IMG/VR virus record: IMGVR_UViG_3300017914_001735
Coordinates: 1 to 28,639 of that record
Source of the DNA: a virus
Lineage: Duplodnaviria; Caudoviricetes
DNA length: 28,639 nt
Direction: 5' to 3' (one strand)
Shown here: positions 23,811-28,639 of the stretch, one piece after another
Position numbering within the stretch: position 1 is the first letter of the stretch
Layout of the letters: each line of letters opens with the position of its first letter
Notes under the pieces: model-generated
Database searches by the model: none
What the model was told of the DNA's origin: nothing
What the model saw: only the letters and a program-made list of their open reading frames with translations
Translations under genes and position numbers: made by a program

Positions 23811-24935
23811 ATGGCAACTACTAACTTTGCCTCGCTGACCACTGAACAAAAAACGGTTTGGTCACGCGATTTTTGGCGTCAAGCACGCAACAACTCTTTT
23901 ATCATGCAGTTTGCGGGTACTGGCCCAAACTCATTGGTACAACAGGTAACTGAACTCACTAAGAACGAAAAAGGCGCACGCGCTGTTCTTACATTGATCG
24001 CTGAACTAGAAGGCGACGGTGCTGTAGGTGACTATCAGTTGGAAGATAACGAAGAAGCCATCAAGGCTTACGATACAGTGATCAAGATCGACCAAATGCG
24101 TAACGCAAACCGTCTCGCAGGTCGTATGGCTGATCAAAAGTCTATCGTAAACTTCCGTGAGACTTCTCGTGACGTTCTTGCATACTGGTATGCAGACCGT
24201 ATTGACCAGTTGGCGTTCTTGACTCTGTCAGGTATCGCTTATACTAAGCGTCCAAACGGTGCGACACGCCCTGTAGCAGCTACAGGCTTGAACTTGAACG
24301 ATCTTGACTTCGCGTCAGACGTATCTGCTCCAACTGCAAACCGCCACTTGGTAGCGGCTGCAGACGGTACAGTCGGCACTGGTGACCTTGCGTCAGACGG
24401 TAACATTGGTTACAAGACCATTGTTAACTTGAAGGCGTACGCAAAAGATCACTACATCCGTGGTGTGAAGGGCACAGGCGGCGAAGAGATGTATCACATG
24501 TTCGTTACTCCATCGATCATGGCTCAGCTCAAGCTGGATACAGACTTCATCGCTAACGTACGTAACGCAGGCATTCGCGGCGATTCAAACACATTGTTCC
24601 AAGGCTCTGAGTCAGTCATGGTCGATGGCGTAATGGTCCACGAGTTCCGTCACGTATATCACACAGATGAAGCGGCTTCAGGCTCTAAGTTTGGCGCTTC
24701 AGGAACTGTTGACGGTACACGTACACTGTTCTGCGGTGCACAGGCGCTTGGTATGGCCGATCTTGGCAACGCTGAGTGGGTCGAAGACATCTTCGATTAT
24801 GGAAACCAAGCTGGTATTTCATGCTCTAAGATCATCGGCTTCCTCAAGCCTAAGTATCGCCCTGTAGCGAACACCACTTCTGACAATACTGCAAAAGAAG
24901 ACTTCGGTGTAATCGCACTGGACGTTGCTAACTAA
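23811..24935 (+). CDS. Major capsid protein (DUF4043 / N4-gp56-like)
   Basis: KTVWSRDFW, ELTKNEKG, LEDNEE, FDYGNQAGI, EDFGVI; GAGGT RBS; biased codon usage. Confidence 0.93.
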   Translation: MATTNFASLTTEQKTVWSRDFWRQARNNSFIMQFAGTGPNSLVQQVTELTKNEKGARAVLTLIAELEGDGAVGDYQLEDNEEAIKAYDTVIKIDQMRNANRLAGRMADQKSIVNFRETSRDVLAYWYADRIDQLAFLTLSGIAYTKRPNGATRPVAATGLNLNDLDFASDVSAPTANRHLVAAADGTVGTGDLASDGNIGYKTIVNLKAYAKDHYIRGVKGTGGEEMYHMFVTPSIMAQLKLDTDFIANVRNAGIRGDSNTLFQGSESVMVDGVMVHEFRHVYHTDEAASGSKFGASGTVDGTRTLFCGAQALGMADLGNAEWVEDIFDYGNQAGISCSKIIGFLKPKYRPVANTTSDNTAKEDFGVIALDVAN

Positions 24936-24944
24936 GCAACGAAA

Positions 24945-24972
24945 GACCCGCCCTTCGGGGCGGGTTGTTTAT
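24945..24972 (+). terminator. Rho-independent terminator after MCP
   Basis: GACCCGCCC-TTCG-GGGCGGGTT-GTTT. Confidence 0.85.
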
Positions 24973-24982
24973 AGGATGAAGT

Positions 24983-25318
24983 ATGAAACTAGTAAGTAAA
25001 ATTAGAAAATCCGTACCATCCCTCAACGGTTCAATCCTTGTGTTTCTCCCAAATCAAGTTATGGATGTCGACGAGCGCGACGTACCGGCTTGTATTGAAC
25101 GAGGCATTGTTCCAGCAAATAAAGTTGAGGCAGTAGCGGACGCACTTGATCGCCAACAGGAGGTCATTGATGCAATTAATACAATTCTAGATGAGGGAGA
25201 TGAGACAAGAATGACGTCGTCAGGCACGCCTAAGATGAAGGCACTTGAGGCTGTTCTTGGATACAGCATCACAGCGCAAGAGCGTGATGATGCTATGGCT
25301 TTTATAAGCGGAGACTAA
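24983..25318 (+). CDS. Hypothetical protein in the head module
   Basis: AGGA RBS; TSSGTPKMKALEAVLG. Confidence 0.75.
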   Translation: MKLVSKIRKSVPSLNGSILVFLPNQVMDVDERDVPACIERGIVPANKVEAVADALDRQQEVIDAINTILDEGDETRMTSSGTPKMKALEAVLGYSITAQERDDAMAFISGD

Positions 25319-25319
25319 A

Positions 25320-25970
25320 ATGGCTACAGGGGTTCAAAGCATCATCGACCGCGTGCGGTATCTTTTGATGGATGAGGCTCAGACCCGCTGGACTGACTTC
25401 GAGTTGCTCGCTTATTTAAACGACGGCCAGCGCGAGATTTGTAATTACAAACCTGATGCCGCAACACGTAATACGACCGTCGATCTGGTTGCTGGCACAC
25501 GACAGGCCGCGCCATCAGATTCTATCCGGTTATTAACTGTAATCCGCAATAACTCCTCTACGCATACGAGTGCTGTTCGCGCTATTTCTCGAGAAACCTT
25601 GGACAGATTTCGTCCTAACTGGCACGGCGCTACCGCGTCTGCAGAGGTTCAGCACTTTATCGTGGACGAGAATGATATGAACTTTTTCTATGTTTATCCG
25701 CCAAACGATGGCAACGGACAGATAGAAGTTCTGTACACCAAACTTCCAAGCACCGTTGCCCTCGCTGATGATATTGATATCGCTGATGCGTATAGCAACG
25801 TGCTCGCAGACTACGTTGCGTACCGCGCGCTATCGAAGGATGCAGATGTCCCATCGGCTGCGCAACGAGCAACAGGACACTATCAAGCGTTCACTTTCGC
25901 GCTGTCAGGTAAACAGACCGTTGATTCAACGGTATCACCATCTATCGACCCAGTTAACGTGGTGCAGTAA
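25320..25970 (+). CDS. Head-tail adaptor (DUF6682-like)
   Basis: IIDRVRYLLMD...RWTDFELLAYLNDGQREI; YVYPP; YRALSKD. Confidence 0.75.
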   Translation: MATGVQSIIDRVRYLLMDEAQTRWTDFELLAYLNDGQREICNYKPDAATRNTTVDLVAGTRQAAPSDSIRLLTVIRNNSSTHTSAVRAISRETLDRFRPNWHGATASAEVQHFIVDENDMNFFYVYPPNDGNGQIEVLYTKLPSTVALADDIDIADAYSNVLADYVAYRALSKDADVPSAAQRATGHYQAFTFALSGKQTVDSTVSPSIDPVNVVQ

Positions 25971-26596
25971 TGGATTATTCAGACGCTATCAACGACGTAA
26001 TATCCCAAGTCCCAGCGGCACCGTCATTCGTTATCGAAAGCGCCTTTGGCCGCACGCTGAGACGTTTTTGCGAATTAAGCACAGCGTATCGCCATAAGAT
26101 TGTTGATATAGATATCGTTGCTGATCAGCAATCTTATAGCTATACGGTTCCTACAGGCACAATAACCCATAAAGTGCATGTAGTCCGATTTAGCGACCGC
26201 CACCTTTCCCCCGTCACGGAAAAGTACCTGGCTCAGAATCCTTCCCTCGTTCGAGAGTCTGGTCGCTCTTTGTATTGGTTATGGAAATACGGTCAGTCAA
26301 TTGAGCTTTACCCGCTTCCGCATGCGACTCAAGACGATGAGATGGTGCTAGAAGTATCGTTGAAGCCAACGAGAGACGCGACATCGATAGAGGATTGGTT
26401 TGCTGAGAAGTACTACGAAGTACTGCTTGCTGGCACAGCCTCTGAGTTACATCGTGTTCCAAACACCGAGTACTACAACGCAGGTCAATTCCAGATTATG
26501 GAAGCGTTCTTTATGCGCGGAGTTGAAGAAGCGCGCAAAGAAGCATCTGGGGCAGACCGTGCAGTACCAAGAAGGGTGCGTTACGGAGGCTATTAA
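25970..26596 (+). CDS. Second adaptor-like virion protein
   Basis: VPAAPSFVI...FCELS; LYPLP; SLKPTR; TAATG coupling. Confidence 0.65.
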   Translation: MDYSDAINDVISQVPAAPSFVIESAFGRTLRRFCELSTAYRHKIVDIDIVADQQSYSYTVPTGTITHKVHVVRFSDRHLSPVTEKYLAQNPSLVRESGRSLYWLWKYGQSIELYPLPHATQDDEMVLEVSLKPTRDATSIEDWFAEKYYEVLLAGTASELHRVPNTEYYNAGQFQIMEAFFMRGVEEARKEASGADRAVPRRVRYGGY

Positions 26597-27042
26597 TGCT
26601 GTATCTGCGAAGCGCTTCGACGCCTGAAGTCCGTGGGAATTGGAAATTTATAGAACACGGACTCGAAAAGGTTATTGAGAAGGGCGCAGGCGAGTTTATT
26701 CCAGCCGATATCTACGCCGCGATCATCGCAAGAACGACATTTTTGTACTGGGTAGAAGACCCGTACTACTTAGAAGGATCAAAAGCCGCAGGGTTCGTCG
26801 TTCTAAGTGAGGTGAACACAAGCTATGACGGCGTGAAATCGCTGTTTGTCGAACAAGCGTATATCCGACCTGAAGCAGGACGTGAGACCTTGATGGATGA
26901 ACTAGTTAATTCTTTAGCCGATTTAGCAAAACAGGTAGAATGTGGACGTGTAGAGTTCAGTTCTCCGCGCATGGGATGGGGCAGAAAACTAAGGAAACTT
27001 GGTTTCAGCCCAACAAGCGTTAACTACGAACTGAGAATATAA
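26596..27042 (+). CDS. GNAT-fold-like protein in the virion module
   Basis: GFVVL...LFVEQAYI...GRVEFSSPRMGW...LGF. Confidence 0.6.
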   Translation: MLYLRSASTPEVRGNWKFIEHGLEKVIEKGAGEFIPADIYAAIIARTTFLYWVEDPYYLEGSKAAGFVVLSEVNTSYDGVKSLFVEQAYIRPEAGRETLMDELVNSLADLAKQVECGRVEFSSPRMGWGRKLRKLGFSPTSVNYELRI

Positions 27043-27054
27043 GCGGGACTAATA
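27038..27054 (+). promoter_or_regulatory. 17-bp operator TATAAG-CGGGA-CTAATA across a stop/start junction
   Basis: Motif family member. Confidence 0.65.
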
Positions 27055-27800
27055 TGTCGAACTTATTTAAGTCACCAAAAGCGCCTAAACCGCAAGACGA
27101 TCCGCAGACTCGCGCGCTGTTAGATGTCTCGCGCGACGTTCTGAAAGATACAGAGGGTCTAAGTGACCAGCTGAGTGCAGATTACCTAGCTATAGCGTCT
27201 CGTGACCGGAGTGGCTTAGCCAAAGGAGCGGCTAATGTAGATGCTCAAATGTCTCTGGCAGGCATGGATGACGCCGCTATGGCACGCGCTTCGTCTTCAG
27301 GAGGACTTGGGTCGGGCGCGTCATTAGGAGTCTTTGACTCTGGCGCAGTAGGTGGCGCTCTTCAAACTGCTCAATCCGGTGCGGCTAACGCTGAGCTAGC
27401 TAATCGCGGCAAAAATATGATGGGCGCGGTTGGCGCAGTGCAGGGTGGAGCGAACACAGCGTATCAAGGAATGCGTAGTGCGGCACAACAAGGTAACGCA
27501 CAGGCGCTAACTGCATTTAAAGATAGAGCACAAAGAAAGATCGACAATATCAATATGGCTGCAGAGATCGGTAAAGGGGTCATGCAGGGCAATCAGATGA
27601 AGCAGACCATGCAAAACAATGAGAAATTGAAAGAGCAGTACAACCAAGGTGTTACTGACTCAGTTGCTTCTCCGTATTTCCAAGGTCCTATTTCTCTGGC
27701 TGGACAGCAATATGGTCCCAGCTACACAGGTGCTTTCAGGCCGGGGTTGAGTTTTACCAACCCTAACTACCTTGCTAGCCCTCCAATGTTTAGGAAGTAA
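27054..27800 (+). CDS. Putative internal virion / ejection protein
   Basis: A/G/Q-rich, low in aromatics; position. Confidence 0.6.
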   Translation: MSNLFKSPKAPKPQDDPQTRALLDVSRDVLKDTEGLSDQLSADYLAIASRDRSGLAKGAANVDAQMSLAGMDDAAMARASSSGGLGSGASLGVFDSGAVGGALQTAQSGAANAELANRGKNMMGAVGAVQGGANTAYQGMRSAAQQGNAQALTAFKDRAQRKIDNINMAAEIGKGVMQGNQMKQTMQNNEKLKEQYNQGVTDSVASPYFQGPISLAGQQYGPSYTGAFRPGLSFTNPNYLASPPMFRK

Positions 27801-27802
27801 CC

Positions 27803-28303
27803 ATGGCATCAGCAACTGAAGAACTTGCCGCGCTAACCCGCGCAGACTACGAAAAGAATCGGGAAATGCTGGAACCGTACGAGGCAGACATTCTGTCGCT
27901 TATTGATAGTAACCAGCTTGTCGATGACGCTCGTGATAGTGCAGGCGACATATTAGAACGCGGCACCGCGCAGACAGCGCGGTCGATGTCACGTTATGGC
28001 GTGGGGCAAACAGGCGCGATGGCACGTGCATCAAGCAAAGGTAACCGCCTCGGTGCAACGCGTGCGGGCGTAGGCATGATTAATAACGCGATTGATGCTC
28101 AAGATTCCATGCGTGCGAGCCTGACAGGAAACATGCTGAGCTATGTACAAGGCCGCCGCAAAAATGCACTGCAAGGTTTAGGTGACGTTGCGGGATTTGA
28201 GAGTCAGTCAAAAGCGGCGCAGGCGCAAGCAGATGCGGCCGCTCGGCAACAACGTAATTCATTACTCGGTACCGCCGCTATGGCGGCGGCATTTTTCCTT
28301 TGA
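27803..28303 (+). CDS. Putative internal virion / ejection protein
   Basis: A/G/Q/R-rich with a hydrophobic C-terminal tip (LLGTAAMAAAFFL). Confidence 0.6.
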   Translation: MASATEELAALTRADYEKNREMLEPYEADILSLIDSNQLVDDARDSAGDILERGTAQTARSMSRYGVGQTGAMARASSKGNRLGATRAGVGMINNAIDAQDSMRASLTGNMLSYVQGRRKNALQGLGDVAGFESQSKAAQAQADAAARQQRNSLLGTAAMAAAFFL

Positions 28304-28311
28304 GGTGAGAC

Positions 28312-28639
28312 ATGGCTGATCCGTTTTCAGGAATTCTAGAAGCTTATTACAAAGGAGAGCTCGCGCGCCAAGGCGCTGAGATGGACTTCTTGAAACTGCA
28401 AGAAAGCCAACGCCAAGCTCGAGCGAATGAGCAGTTCCGCCGTGACAGCTTAGCTCGTGACGATGCGCGGCTAGCCGAACAACAGCGTGCAAACCGCGTT
28501 AGCGAGAACAACGCCCGCGAAAACCTAATCTTAAGTCAGAACCAGGATGCACGCCTTCAAGCAGAGAATGAACGCGCAGAAGCAGAAGCGCTCCAAAGGA
28601 AAGCGGCGTTTGACCAACAAAATAAAAGCAGTTTGTTAG
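28312..28639 (+). CDS. N-terminus of a further internal virion protein (3' truncated)
   Basis: GAGGTG RBS; MADPFSGILEAYYKGELARQ..., open to the window end, coiled-coil character. Confidence 0.7.
   Translation, partial: MADPFSGILEAYYKGELARQGAEMDFLKLQESQRQARANEQFRRDSLARDDARLAEQQRANRVSENNARENLILSQNQDARLQAENERAEAEALQRKAAFDQQNKSSLL

Larger units (their letters stand above)
1..28639. mobile_element. Temperate podovirus-like bacteriophage genome segment (non-integrated form)
   Basis: Integrase, excisionase, CI-like repressor, attP, terminases, portal and capsid genes; no host housekeeping genes; no tape-measure or sheath genes within the window. Confidence 0.95.

Noticed and set aside
24924-24940. 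Stop read-through or frameshift extension of the major capsid protein
   Set aside because: There is a small hairpin over the stop, but no slippery sequence, and a terminator follows immediately
25303-25320. Operator-like TATAAG-CGGAGA-CTAAAA
   Set aside because: The spacer is 6 bp and the second half is degenerate; explained by RBS and stop codon

Overview
About 28.6 kb of a temperate, short-tailed (podovirus-like) dsDNA phage in non-integrated form: phage genes flank both sides of an intact attP that carries the 3' half of tRNA-Thr(GGT). The left arm (1004-17775, minus strand) holds int-xis, a CI-like repressor whose S24 domain appears catalytically dead, VRR-NUC, SSB-like, Gam-like, SNF2 helicase, GP88-like Fe-S protein, PD-(D/E)XK exonuclease, a MoxR-type AAA plus metallopeptidase-vWA pair, and many small early genes. 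The right arm (18026-end, plus strand) holds terS, terL, portal, scaffold, DUF4043/N4-gp56-like major capsid, adaptors and likely ejection proteins. The most notable signals are non-coding: (1) 12 exact and 4 variant copies of a 17-bp palindromic operator (ATWAG-N5-CTWAT core) across attP, early, replication and late genes; (2) a strand-specific family of GNA-triloop DNA hairpins, two with tandem G.A pairs, ahead of the earliest genes (N4-like ssDNA promoters or priming signals); (3) a convergent iteron cluster; (4) several structured RNA candidates, including a capsid leader with three ACGAWA-loop hairpins. All protein calls come from motif recognition by eye, not database searches.
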